A DNA stretch of 64,000 nucleotides, from contig NC_042998.1 of the NCBI RefSeq assembly GCF_006345805.1, positions 33,356,001 to 33,420,000 of the forward strand. The letters run 5' to 3'. The stretch comes from Octopus sinensis. Its lineage: Eukaryota. Shown here one piece after another: positions 1-12,231 of this stretch (positions are counted from its first letter, which is position 1; each line of letters starts with the position of its first letter). Under the pieces are notes generated by a model that was not told where the DNA came from, searched no databases, and saw only the letters and a list, made by a program, of their open reading frames with translations. The position numbers and the translations under genes are program-made.

Positions 1-292
1 AGTGGATAAATCTCACTCAAAGATTACAAGTAAGCCCACGACAATTCCTTTCTCATTGTACACTTTTTATTTTGTGCTTTATGCAAAATACTTGCTTTAA
101 TAAATATATTTTTATGTCATTATTCAAAATGTTTGACAGAAAATTTTGAAACATCATGCACACACACATAAACACTCATATGCAGCCCCATGTTAACCAG
201 TTCACTGTTATCTCCCCTTTCAATGGCCTATTCTTTCCAGTCATTTCAACATGTAGAACCTTTAATCCTGATACAGTTTATTTTTCTCTCTT

Positions 293-676
293 TACTCTTT
301 TACTTGTATCAGTCATTTGACTGTGGCCATGCTGGAGCACCGCCTTTAATCGAGCAACTCGACCCCGGGACTTATTCTTTGTAAGCCCAGTACTTATTCT
401 ATCGGTCTCTTTTGCCGAACTGCTAAGTGACGGGGACATAAACACACCAGTATCGGTTGTCAAGCAATGCTAGTGGGACAAACACAGACACACAAACACA
501 CACACACATACATATATACGACAGGCTTCTTTCAGTTTCCGTCTACCAAATCCACTCACAAGGCTTTGGTCGGACCGAGGCTATAGTAGAAGACACTTGC
601 CCAAGGTGCCATGCAGTGGGACTGAACCTGGAACCATGGGGTTGGTAAACAAGCTACTTACCACACAGCCATTCCT
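293..676 (-). mobile_element. tRNA-derived SINE family A (CORE-like domain)
   Basis: A-box TGGCTGTGTGG, B-box GGTTCAGTCCC, CORE-like CCTTGGGCAAGTGTCTT, internal CA/TA microsatellite; more than 10 copies in the window. Confidence 0.85.
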
Positions 677-839
677 CCTTCTCACACCTTTCTGTCAAAG
701 AGCATAAAGCTTGAGGCGTCAGTCTTTTCCATTTTTCCCAAGCATCAAATGAATACATGTGATTGTTGTTCCCTCACCTCTCTGTCTTTTGCTTCCTGTA
801 TATTTGATCCATATATATATGTACATATATATGTACATA

Positions 840-1861
840 CTGGGTAATCCCATGAATAATGTGGTATTTTTAAAATTCTTTTATTTTTCAAAATTATGAT
901 AAACAAAGTTCTTTTTTAATCTAAAATATACTCTCCTTCATTTTCTACTATGCTCTTCCTGCTATTTGGCAGACTTGCAAGGCCCCTCTTCCAAAATTCA
1001 CTTGTCCATGACGATAAAAATAATCCTCCAGTACTGTTCTGACCTTGTCTACAGAATTCATATTTTTCTTGTCCAAATGATTTTGAAAACTGTGGAATAA
1101 ATGATAATCAGATGTGGGGCATCGTTTCTCATTCAAACTGCTCCAGCCTTTAGAATGTCATCCTCGCTGTATGTGGCGGAGCATCATCCTGGTAGAAGAA
1201 CACCTGTCGTTTTGAAATCAAAGATGGTCGTTTTTCTTCTAGCACTGACTTAAGCCACTCAAGCTGCTTGCAGTAGATCTCCTTTGCTATCATTTGATTT
1301 GGGTTTAAAAGTTCAAAGTGGACTGAACTTTTCATATCCCACCACAGATAACAACACCTTACGTGGGTGAAGACCTTTAGCTTGGGATGCCAGTGTTTCT
1401 CCTTTCCCTACCCGTTTTCTTCAGTGCTTGACATCTTTATAAAGAACCCATTTCTTGTCACCAGTCACTATTCGGTCCAATAAAGGTTCATTCATGAGAC
1501 GTGACAGCAAAGAAGAGCAAACATTCACTCTCAGCCTGTGATTAGACTCAAAGAGTGTGTAAGGAGCCCATTGACCCAATTTGCTGACTTTTCGATGGCA
1601 CACAAGTGTCGACGAATGGTTGAATGACCAAATCCAAGTTTCTCTGATAGTTTTCCAACAGTTACAATGGGATTTTGTTCCACCAGAGTTTGCAGGATGT
1701 CCTTGTCAAGCTCTACAGATCTTCCTGGATGAGGGTCTTCTTCTAGGCTGTAGTTTCTGGTTCAGAAGTTCTGGAACCACCATTGACACTGGTTTACACT
1801 TATTGCCTGATCCCCATATACTGCATTAATACACGCATGTATGTATATATATCTATGTATG

Positions 1862-1901
<40 letters not shown>

Positions 1902-1960
1902 CATTTGCAGATTCTATGAATAAAGTATTACTATTGGAGTAATTTCCCATTATTCAGCAG
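840..1960 (-). mobile_element. Degenerate mariner (DD34D) transposon
   Basis: Frameshifted pieces KVSKLGQWAPY..., LLDRIVTGDKKWVLY, VHFELL...QMIAKEIYCKQL...FFYQDDAPPHTAR; TA then TIR-like sequence at 838; right end uncertain. Confidence 0.85.
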
Positions 1961-1980
1961 TTTTTTTTCCATAGTGTTTT

Positions 1981-2051
1981 GTCTTAATAACTGATGAGAA
2001 GCTGGAGCAGACTTCAGCCCCAGTATCCGAAACTCTGAGTTTTATTATGAC
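1981..2051 (+). ncRNA. Type I hammerhead ribozyme candidate, sense-intronic in CHST15-like gene
   Basis: CUGAUGA 1991-1997, GAAA 2029-2032, stem III ACUC-U-GAGU, triplet GUU, stem I GUC.UAAUAA/UUAUUA.GAC; stem II has a G-C closing pair and a 7-bp hairpin but is imperfect. Confidence 0.6.
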
Positions 2052-2154
2052 AACCAACTAATTGTCACATATTATATTTATAGATAAATTCCTCTATTTT
2101 ACATAATATCGAGGTCTCATTCATTCTTTTGTTGTCATATTATTATTATTATTA

Positions 2155-2237
<83 letters not shown>

Positions 2238-2269
2238 CAAGTATTACAAAGTTTTTGTTTCTTTACAAG

Positions 2270-2426
2270 GTGATTCAAGTGCTTCAACATTATGGGACAA
2301 TGATTTTTGGCGTTCATTCCCTGGCAATGCTAACCTAGATGAACCAGAATTGTTAAACGCTCATTATATTCATCACTTTACACCTGACATTAAAATCATT
2401 GTACTTCTAAGAAATCCTATCGAAAG
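2270..2426 (+). CDS. CHST15: Internal coding exon of a carbohydrate sulfotransferase 15 (GalNAc4S-6ST)-like gene
   Basis: ctttacaag|G acceptor and AG|gtaagc donor; 157 nt, phase 1 to 2; translates (G)DSSASTLWDNDFWRSFPGNANLDEPELLNAHYIHHFTPDIKIIVLLRNPIER, which contains the start of the 3'-PAPS-binding motif. Confidence 0.93.
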
Positions 2427-2796
2427 GTAAGCCTCTTACATTGCAGATCATCAATCAATATTTATGTGTTACCACGGGAGTAGGCAATATATTTTTGCAA
2501 GTATATATATAGTCATTTATTCTTTTACATATATTTTACTTATTTCAGCCCATGTGGCTGTAACCATGCTGGAGCACCAGTATATATAGATGTGTGTGTG
2601 TGCGTGTTTGTATGTATATATTTACATATACATACATACATACATACATGCATGCATGTATGTATATTTTTGCATATGTGTGTGTGCATGTGAATACACA
2701 CATACACATGCATTATATGTACATATATATGCACACATACATTATATATACATATATATACATATATATATGTATATACATATATATATATATATA

Positions 2797-3203
2797 TTAC
2801 TCCTTTACTTGTTTCAGTCATTTGACTGCGGCCATGCTGGAGCACCGCCTTTAGTCGAGCAAATTGACCCCGGGACTTATTCTTTGTAAGCCCAGTACTT
2901 ATTCTATCGGTCTCTTTTTGCCGAACTGCTAAGTGACGGGGACGTAAACACACCAGCATCGGTTGTCAAGCGATGGTGGGGGGACAAACACAGACACACA
3001 AACTTATACACACACATACATATATATATATACATATATACGACAGGCTTCTTTCAGTTTCCGTCTTCCAAATCCACTCACAAGGCATTGGTCGGCCTGA
3101 GGCTATAGCAGAAGACACTTGCCCAAGGTGCCACGCAGTGGGACTGAACCCGGAACCATGTGGTTGGTAAGCAAGCTACTTACCACACAGCCACTCCTGC
3201 GCC
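2797..3203 (-). mobile_element. SINE family A, full length
   Basis: Colinear with 293-676, head GGCGCAGGAGTGGCTGTGTGG. Confidence 0.85.
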
Positions 3204-3310
3204 TACTTAATAAAAAGGGTTCAGCAAAGAATTTGCTTTACCACATACCAAAGTTTAGAAATGTGGTATGTGGTAAAGCGAATTCTTTGCTGAACCCTTT
3301 TTATTAAGTA
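3204..3310. repeat. Near-perfect 107-bp palindrome
   Basis: 47-bp arms (3204-3250 and 3264-3310), one T/C difference, 13-nt loop, TA at both ends. Confidence 0.9.
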
Positions 3311-3424
3311 TTACTTAAGTTTACCGTAAGTTTTTTCATACCGAATTCTACTTGGTGAAATTATTGATTACTTCTTAATTAATTAATTTTACCCTTTGTT
3401 ATTATATATATATATATATATATT

Positions 3425-3550
3425 AGCGGTTCAGCAAAAGAGACCGATAGAATAAGTACTAGGCTTACAAAAGAATAAGTCCCGAGTTGCTCGACTAAAG
3501 GCGGTGCTCCAGCATGGCCACAGTCAAATGACTGAAACAAGTAAAAGAGT
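3425..3550 (+). mobile_element. SINE family A, 3' fragment
   Basis: Reverse complement of the 3' part of 2797-3203. Confidence 0.75.
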
Positions 3551-5356
3551 ATATATACTACACACACAAACATATATAAGTATATACATCATTGTTTTCA
3601 TCTCTTAAGATGGATGCATGCATGTATATCTGGATGGATGGATGAGTTTTCTTTGCATTTTATTCAAGTTCTTTTTGAGAGTGTTCAAGCTGATTGCTAA
3701 CAAAGTGACAAGTTGCATAAATCCAAGTGTGTGCATCTGTCCACATAGAACCTCAGATTGAGAATTTTCGGAATGTCTTAGAAATCTTATGCCACAAATA
3801 GAGTGGATTTTGGAGAATCCGTGTCAAGTTCTTTTACTCTTTCTTCATGAAACCGAATAGTTCTAGGTTTTTATGTAAATTTGTTTGGTACATAATAACC
3901 TAATGTACCTATGATGTATTTATGTATGTTTGTACGCACATACTTGTGTGTGTGTGTGTGTGTGTGTGCGCGCGCACGCGATCAGACTTTGAGGAATGAA
4001 ATCATAAGTAAATGCCGTGTCCGGCGACGAGAGAAGATATAAAGCAATCCGGCTGAAGCTGTTCTTTTTGTGTAAATGATACAACTTGGACATCTAATTT
4101 CTACAAATGCCATTGGTTCAGACTGTCAGTGGACTCGCGGTCGAAGGATTGCGGTTTCGATTTCCGGACCGGGCGTTGTGTGTGTGGTTTATTGAGCGAA
4201 AACACCTAAAGCATCACGAGGCTCCGGCAGTGGGTGGTGGCGACCCCTGTTGTAATCTTTCACCCCAGCTCTCTCTCACTCTTTCTTCTTGTTTCTTGAG
4301 TAACGCTGCGATGGACTGGTGTCCTGTCCAGCTGGGAGGAACACATATGCCACAGAAACCGGGAAACCGGGCCCATGAGCCTAGCTAGGCTTGAAAAATG
4401 CGTATAAATTTATAAAAATCAGACTGTTAAACGTTATATTCTCACGACACAGCAGTGACAATTTAAGCCTTGCCACACATTTCTTCCAGAGCTGAGGAAG
4501 AAGAGAGATAACTCTAGATCATATTATATTGTTATGGATGTATTGCCTTTCAATTATCTTTGACACGTTACTTTACCCACTGTTTATCATATTTCTGGTG
4601 TCCCGGAATCTTTTAATTTCTAATAAGATTTTTCCTTTTTTTTTTTTTTACTGTCATCCATATCCTTCAGCAAATTGTTTAAACAATTACATTTCGCTGA
4701 AAGTATGCAAGAGAGATAACTCTTAAATTGTTCCATTACTTCCCTTCGATTCATTTAAGAAATTTTAGTTGGTGTCTTGCTTACGCCTTTTAGCTAACTT
4801 AAAATGCGGAATGTGATTGATGTAGGTTAGGGAACGAATCGAAAGGCCTTGCTGATCCATCCCTCTACTTCCTCATACTAAATCCTAACACATATTGTTG
4901 TATTTCGGGACGGTCATTTTGTTCCCATTTTTTTCGATAAATAAACAGACGCACTGTATATTCGTTCTTCCCTCGTTTATTACTGTTCTTATTCTAACTC
5001 ATGTCCATTGTCCAAAAATCTTTCGTCACACACCTGTGACTTCTTCTGTGACACTTTTCGTCTTCGTGTGTGCTTTTGTTCCACTTATTTCATCCTCAAC
5101 ACTAATCCTAACACCTTTTTCCTTTTCAATCATCTTTTAAATATCAATGAAATGAATACGATATTGTATTTATTGGTGCAAGCATATAGTATGCGGTCTA
5201 CCACGTTGTCAAACAGTATAGCCAGGGTTATCTACCTTAAACGTTCAGTTCGCAAAGGAAACCAATTTTCCCATTATACGGACATTAACAACAAATTAAA
5301 CTGCAAGCTGAGCTTCAGTGAGATTTTAGAACTAATATTTTTCTTTGTCATGGATA

Positions 5357-5725
5357 TACAGGAGTGGCTGTGTGGTAAGTAGCTTGCTTACCAACCACAT
5401 GGTTCCAGGTTCAGTCCCACTGCATGGCCCCTTGGGCAAATGTCTTCTAGCATAGCCTCGGGCCAAACAAAGCCTTGTAAGTGGATTTATGTGTGTGTCT
5501 GTGTGTGTATGTATATATGTATATGTTTGTGTGTCTGTGTTTGCCCTCCCAACATCGCTTGACAACCAATACTGCAATACTAGTGTGTTTACATCCCCAT
5601 CACTTAGCGGTTCAGCAAGAGAGACCAATAGTACTAGGCTTACAAAGAGTAAGTCCTGGGGTCCATTTGCTTGACTAAATGTGGTGCTCCAGCATGGCCT
5701 CAGTCAAATGACTGAAACAAATAGA
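5357..5725 (+). mobile_element. SINE family A
   Basis: Head, CORE-like box and tail GGTGCTCCAGCATGGCC..CAAATGACTGAAAC present. Confidence 0.8.
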
Positions 5726-5759
5726 ATACCACAGCAGTGACTCTAACAGTAAAATCTAA

Positions 5760-6275
5760 GAATACAATGTCTGATACAATATTTGCCGTGAGGTGTGTGG
5801 GGCCATTGTTTATCATGAACCACGAGGGAAGATGGTTGGAACAAACGATAATCCCATTCAGATCGACGAAGCAGGATTTGTTGGTCGACGAAAATACAAC
5901 TGAGGAAGAATGCTAAATGGCGATAAGTCTCCTCCCTTCGAAGACAGTGATGCAGAAGAACGAAACAACAGGAATCATGGACGTAGAATTGATGGGTCAT
6001 GGGTTTTGGGTCTCAAACAAGGCTCAGACTGTCGATACTTTTGTGTGGAATGGCATGACGGGAACAGTCTGATCCCAATTATTGAGAGAGAATGTGAAAA
6101 AGGTTCATTAATTCATTCAGATGAGTGGCCTGCTTATAATAATTCAAATGTCATAGGTCATCACCATCTGATAGTGAACTATGAGCGACATTATGAGGGG
6201 TCCAGTGACCGGAGCACACACTCGGGTCATTGAGTGATCATGGTTAGATGCTAAAACTATGATTCTGAAAAAAAA
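5760..6275 (+). mobile_element. Merlin (IS1595/ISXO2-like) transposase relic
   Basis: CREVC..IQIDEAGFVGRRKYN*GR..WVLG..LIPIIERECEKGSLIHSDEWPAY..H.IVN. Confidence 0.85.
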
Positions 6276-6551
6276 AATGATCTCTGAATTATCTTAAGTT
6301 TTTTATCTCTGAAATATCTGAAAGATAAGGTAGATAACTCTGACTGACACCGTGGAAAACCGCATACTATATACTAGCAACGAATTTATTTAAGTAATCC
6401 CATTGTAGTTAAGTGTGAAATCGCTTTTGCAGAACTGGTAAAGGGAAGTCAGAAAGAAACTGAATAACTGCTTTACTCTAACTTATACTTGTTCCTTTGC
6501 GCTCAGGGTTCAAAATTATATTTTTAGAATCAGTAATATAAATACAACAGT

Positions 6552-6810
6552 GGAGGCGCGTGGCTTAATGATTAGGGTATCAGCACCATGATCGTAAGAT
6601 TGTGGTTTCAATTCCTGGACCGGGCAACGTGCTGTGTTCTTGAGTGAAACACTTCATTTCACGTTGCTCCAGTCCACTCGGCTGGCAAAAATGAGTATCA
6701 CTGCAATGGATTGGCTTCCTGTCCAGCTGGGGAACACATATGCCATAGAAACCGGGAAACTGGGCCCATGAACCTGGCTAGGCTTTAGAAGGGCGCATTT
6801 ATTTATTTTA
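6552..6810 (+). mobile_element. tRNA-derived SINE family C
   Basis: Head GGAGGCGCGTGGCTTAATG..GGTTTCAATTCC, body TTCACGTTGCTCCAGTCCACTC, (TTTA)n tail; copies at 26958-27212 (+) and 60495-60727 (-); variants at 4125-4410, 24548-24856 and 31815-32080. Confidence 0.8.
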
Positions 6811-7675
6811 TTTAATATAAATACAATTACACAATGAAGTCTAATCAACTAACAATGATATCTTATTGATATAAAAATTGGTAAAAAAAAAATAAATCAA
6901 TACTGTTACACGTTTGCTGTGCACCCACAGGATTTTCCGGCTTGATCTAATGGGGCAGGGCTCTTGCAAGTGTAACAACGGAATTCTTCGAGAGGGAAAT
7001 TTAGCTTCATGTGTGTACGTGTGTATGTATGAGGAGGCACATGGAGATTACATGACTGGCTTGCATTTATCAGTTTCCATGCACAAAGCATTAGCCAGCC
7101 TAAGGATACGGTAGAACTCACTTGCTGTGGCATGACATCGAACTCAGAACCCATGTAATTGTGAAGTGACTCAGCCTTTTAGCATTTAACCCTTTTGATA
7201 CTAACCTGCCTGAAACTGCCTCCGGTTCGTTAGTACAAATGTCTTGTTTTCATAAGTTCTGAATTAAAATATTCCACCAAACCTTTGTCACAATTTATGT
7301 TCCTAACACTAGCTTAATGATAACTAAGTTATTTTACTAAATTCTTTGTTATATTTCGAATTAATTGAAAGAAACACAGAGCAACTCCATAGAAATATAG
7401 TAACAGAAGGGATAGAATATAGAATAGAGAAACAATTCTTAACCCTTTTGATACCAACCTGCCTGAAACCACCTCTGGCTCTGAGTACAAATGTCTTGTT
7501 TTCACAAGTTCTCAATTAAAATCTTCCACCAAACCTTAGTCACAATTTATGTTCCAAAGAGTAGCTGAATGATAACTAAGTTATTTTACTAAATTCTTTG
7601 TTATATTTAAAATTAATTGAAAGAAACACAAAGCATCTCAACAGAAATATGGTGACTACAGAGTTAAACAGCCCA

Positions 7676-7732
7676 AAACTATCCCAAATATTCAAACTAT
7701 CCCAAATATTCAAACTATCCCAAATATTCAAC
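7676..7732. repeat. 18-bp tandem repeat x3
   Basis: (CAAACTATCCCAAATATT)3. Confidence 0.85.
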
Positions 7733-7814
7733 CTGTTTTATGCTCAAACCAGCTAGATCTGACCTTTCAGATCACTGAAATCTCATAGCTACAAGATAAT
7801 CCCTTCTACTGGAA

Positions 7815-8200
7815 GCACAAGGCCTCAAATTTGAGGGAAGGGATTAAGTCGATTACATTGACCCCAGTACGTAACTGATACTAATTTTATTGATCCCAAA
7901 AGGATAAAAGGCAAAGTTGACCTCAGTGGAATTTGAACTCGGAACGTAATGGCAGATGAAATACCTATTTCTTTACTACCCACAAGGGGCTAAACACAGA
8001 GAGGACAAACAAGGACAGACAAATGGATTAAGTCGATTAGATCGACTCCAGTGCATAACTGGTACTTAATTTATCGACCCCGAAAGGACGGAAGGCAAAG
8101 TTGACCTCAGTGGAATTTGAACTCAGAATGTAGCAGCTGACAAAATACCACTGAGCATTTCGCCTGATGTGCTTATAATTCTGCCAGCTCGTCACCTTAC
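7815..8200 (-). mobile_element. SINE family B dimer
   Basis: Two units joined at GAAATACCTATTTC (7958-7971). Confidence 0.8.
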
Positions 8201-8460
8201 ATAGTTACAAGATAATAAATGTTTAATTTCGAAACAATGTGAAGAAGTAAGTATTGCATTTAGTAGAATAATTTTGATGCTAAAAGGGTAAACCCCTAAA
8301 AGAAAACGAAAGATAAAACTAATCTCTTGGTTTATTCTGATCCTTCATTTCACATTCCTTCAAGACATCTTGGATTGTCTTGGAATTATAATGCAAAAGC
8401 AACAATGTTCTGTTACATTGCTAATGTCCTAAGGAAAAACATATACATCCCACTTCCAGT

Positions 8461-8682
8461 TTAACCCTTTTGTTACCACATTTCGGTTGAGATACTCTGT
8501 GTTTCTTTCAATTACTTTAAATAGAACAAAGAATTTAGTAAAATAACTTAGTTATCATTAAGCTAGTGTTAGGAGCATAAATTGTGACTAAGGTTTGGTG
8601 GAAAATTTTAATTCAAAACTTATGAAAACAAGACATTTGTACTCAGAGCCAGTTTCAGCTGGGTTGGTAATGAAAGGGTTAA
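8461..8682. mobile_element. piggyBac-type MITE (TTAA-flanked)
   Basis: TTAA-CCCTTT...AAAGGG-TTAA; same family at 11743-11972 and as a tandem pair at 7187-7667. Confidence 0.8.
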
Positions 8683-8986
8683 TCACTCTTGAATTAGAGG
8701 GGTTTATGTTGTTGTTATGACAGAGCCCTGCTCTTGAAGTTCTGAGTTCAAATCCTGGCAAGGACAATTTGCCCTTCAGTCTTTTAGAGAAGATAAAATA
8801 AAATAAATTGTTAAATACTGGGTTGATCTGATCAGACTAATCATCTCTTGATATTTGTATCCTTTTGCCTATGAGAGGAATTACTGTATGAACACACCAC
8901 CACAACCACCATCATCATCATCATCATCATTATCATCACCATCATCATCATCTGATTTATTTCTTTATTCTGTTTTTTCCCCCTAG

Positions 8987-9143
8987 ACTCTTCTCCGACT
9001 ACTTGTATTTTGGCAAGCTCAACAAATCCGTGGAAAACTTTCATGAGAGAGTCGTGGATACCATTGCATTATATGAAAACTGCTTCAAAAATGAAACGCT
9101 ACGGAAATGTGCATATGACTCCAAACTAGGGCTTCTGTCGGGA
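8987..9143 (+). CDS. CHST15: Internal coding exon of CHST15-like gene
   Basis: ttttcccctag| acceptor, |gtaagt donor; 157 nt, phase 2 to 0; (R)LFSDYLYFGKLNKSVENFHERVVDTIALYENCFKNETLRKCAYDSKLGLLSG completes the RNPIERLFSDY motif. Confidence 0.93.
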
Positions 9144-9251
9144 GTAAGTGGCAGATATTTTTCTCCTTAATGATATTAGCACAAACACCACTCTCAATGT
9201 AGTTTTATGTTATACATACATGCATACAAGCATGCATGCATGCATGCATGC

Positions 9252-9282
<31 letters not shown>

Positions 9283-9289
9283 ATATATG

Positions 9290-9517
9290 AACAATTTCAG
9301 CATGGAAGGTGTTTATAATCCATTTAAGAAACACATGAAATCCGTTAGATTCACTTCAACATTTAAATTTAATTTGTCAAAATATTTTCATCGCTTTGAG
9401 ACCGCCACCTATTCACCTACAAAATTCCGTGCTTATAAACACCTTCCATGCTGCAATTGTTTTCGTTCCAGTACATGATCTCAGATCAGGTCACTTGCTA
9501 TGCAAGTACATCTCCAT
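9290..9517. mobile_element. Fold-back element family F with internal (decayed) hammerhead
   Basis: Inverted arms 9290-9318 and 9433-9461 flank a core that is homologous to 20870-21005; the right arm extends to 9517 and is the reverse complement of 20810-20870. Confidence 0.65.
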
Positions 9518-9550
9518 AATATATATATATATACATACACATATATATAT

Positions 9551-9603
<53 letters not shown>

Positions 9604-9799
9604 CAAAGTCTACCTGCATAAATCAAAACTAGTCATGAACTTACCAAGTATATACATATAATCTTTTTTAATTTTCTTACCAAATTTACCTGCATAAATC
9701 AAAACCAGTAAATTTTAATCTATTTTTCAAGAATGCTTTTTCGTATATTTTTCTAATTTTAAAAAAGCATTCAATATATCATAAAAACTTTATCTTCTC

Positions 9800-9895
9800 C
9801 ATTTCTGACGAGCGGCAGTATTGTTTATCAGTGTGTATCAACAATGGATTGATTCCATTATAACGATAATATTTCCATGAAACGATTGTAAGATG
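9800..9895 (+). ncRNA. Type I hammerhead candidate with extended stem II, sense-intronic
   Basis: CUGACGA 9805-9811, GAAA 9879-9882, stem III ACG-AU-UGU, triplet GUA, 5-bp stem I CAUUU/AGAUG; long decayed stem II. Confidence 0.5.
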
Positions 9896-10047
9896 CATTC
9901 ATTAACAAATTTCTAAACTGTCACATTTCATATATTCACATATATTTTTAACACAAAACTATTTTAAACATATATATATCTTCATGAGGAATTTTTTGAC
10001 ATTGAATCTCATGCTATTATTTCAAAATACAGCATATATATATATAG

Positions 10048-11346
10048 ATAATATAAATTGGACATGGGCAATCATTGTATTCTTTCTTGTCTTGAGGTTC
10101 ACAGCCAAACTGCGGGGTGGATTCGCATAAAAAGTGGCACATATGTGGAGATAGGTGCATAGATTGGAATGCAGTTTGTATTTTTTTCCTAACCCTAATA
10201 CTTACCGAGAAAATTGATTAAAACTTTTTCTAATGGAATTCCCCTCTTTCTTCCGCCATTAAAACAACCAGTTGCTTCTACTTTAGCCTTGGGCCAAACA
10301 AAGCCTTGTGAGTGGATTTGGTAGACAGAAACTGAAAGAAGTGTGTGTTTGTGTGTCTGTGTTTGTCTCTCCAACATCGTTTGACAACTGATGTTGGTGT
10401 GTTTACGTCCCCATAACTTAGCGCCTCAGCAAAAGAGACCGACTGAATAAGTACTAGGCTTACAAAGAATAAGTCCTGGGGTTGATTTGCTCTGACTAAA
10501 GGTGGTGCTCCAGCTTGGCCGTAGTCAAATGACTGAAACAAATAGAAATAAATGAAAAATAATTCTCCTTTGGTAATTTTTAATTTTTACGATAAAAATA
10601 AATGGGTATTGTGTGCGTTTTCTGTTTTTCATAACTGCATACCTACTTTTGCACCTGTCCTGTATGTCTTGGTGGTGGGCTGGCAGAAACGTTATCACCC
10701 TGGGTAGGATGCTTAGCAGCATTTTGTCTGTCTTTATGTTCAGAGTTCAAATTCTGCAGAGGTTGACTTTTGCCTTTCTTCCTTTTGAGATCAACAAAAC
10801 GGGTAACAGCTGAACCGTGGTGTTGATGTAAATCACTCCACTGTCTCACTCCACTGAACTTGCTGATTTGGTTCCAAAACTTCATGCCACCCTACAAAAC
10901 TTTGTTTTGAGCATAAAACTAATTTTCCGATAATGATTACTAGCAGCTAAGCCCAGTTTCACCTGGTCTGTTTGGATGATGTGGCTGTGATAGTTTTTGG
11001 TCAGGCATAATCTATAACAGCGTTTGTCAACCTTATCATTTTGGGTCAACCTCTTTCGATTGGAGCCTCCAGTAATATGAAAATTTCTTGACCCCACCCT
11101 GTCAGAAAACAGCTTCTAAGCAACTGGTTGTTTTAATGGCAGAAGAAAGAGGGAAATTCCATTAGAAAATTTTCAATCGATTTTCTCGGTAAGTATGGGG
11201 GTAAGAAAAAAAAATACAAACTGCATTCCAATCTATGCACTGTCTCCATATGTGTGCCATTTTTCATGCAAATCCACCCAGCCGTTTGGCTGTGAACCTC
11301 AAGACAAGAAAGAATACAACAATCACCCACGTCCAATTTATATTAT
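10048..11346. mobile_element. Element with approximately 230-bp terminal inverted repeats
   Basis: 10048-10277 is the reverse complement of 11118-11346; SINE A and B pieces are nested inside; superfamily unknown. Confidence 0.65.
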
Positions 11347-11455
11347 AGATTAAATGCAAGCAGAGAATAACTTCTTACTAAAAAAATTATAATAATAATA
11401 ATAATAATAATAATGTAAACCATTTATTGTAAGATGTATTTGTTTTTTCTTTCAG

Positions 11456-11603
11456 GTTAGACTTCGTATAGGCCTATACTGGATCTACTTAAAGGACTGG
11501 TTCAGTATTTTTCCAGTGAAAAATTTCTTAATCATTCGAAGTGAAGATTACAAACGATGCGTTTTATGTGTCTTTAAGAAAGTCTTTCGCTTCCTTGGAT
11601 TAA
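11456..11603 (+). CDS. CHST15: Internal coding exon of CHST15-like gene
   Basis: ttttctttcag| acceptor, |gtgagt donor; 148 nt, phase 0 to 1; VRLRIGLYWIYLKDWFSIFPVKNFLIIRSEDYKRCVLCVFKKVFRFLGL resembles the VRLQVGLY..YL.DW..VF segment of CHST15. Confidence 0.93.
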
Positions 11604-12231
11604 GTGAGTATTAAAAAGGGTTATAGGAAATCTTCCAGTAAACGTTTTTACCTTAGGAAAATTCAGCAAAAGAAATTTCATTTTAAATGACCACATCATG
11701 ATTTTTGCTTTAATGTTTGGCATTGAATAAAGACATGACTATTTAACCCTTTCGATACCAGCCCGGCTGAAACCGCCTCTGGTTCTGTAGTACAAATGTT
11801 TTGTTTTCATAAGTTCTGAATTAAAATCTTCCACCAAACCTTAGTCACAATTAATGTTCCTAACACTAGCTGAATGATAACTAAGTTATTTTACTAAATT
11901 CTTTATTATATTTAAAATAATTGTAAGAAACACAGAGCATCTCAAAATAATATACAGTAATAATAGGGTTAAGGCTTTTATAAAACTTTTTCATCATTCC
12001 TATTTTTAATTTTCAAAAGAACTGATATCACACACTTTATTATTGTCCATATGGTGGATTTGTTTTATAGTGGATTTTCCTATTCAGCAAAATTTCTGAC
12101 AACAAATTTTCCACAAACAATTGAAAAGATCAACAAAAGCTATTTCCATTTAATTTTTTAATCTAAAATCATTTTTTTTTTTTTTGTAGCTTTGAGTGTG
12201 TCTTATATGGAGGTTTTTCTCTTGAAATGAA

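Noticed and set aside
4501-4725. 15-bp direct repeat AAGAGAGATAACTCT flanking about 190 bp
   Set aside because: Could be a TSD, but the enclosed sequence has no recognisable element features or second copy
5910-6233. Bacterial IS1595 implying contamination
   Set aside because: Decayed and embedded in an intron among host SINEs; eukaryotic Merlin elements explain it
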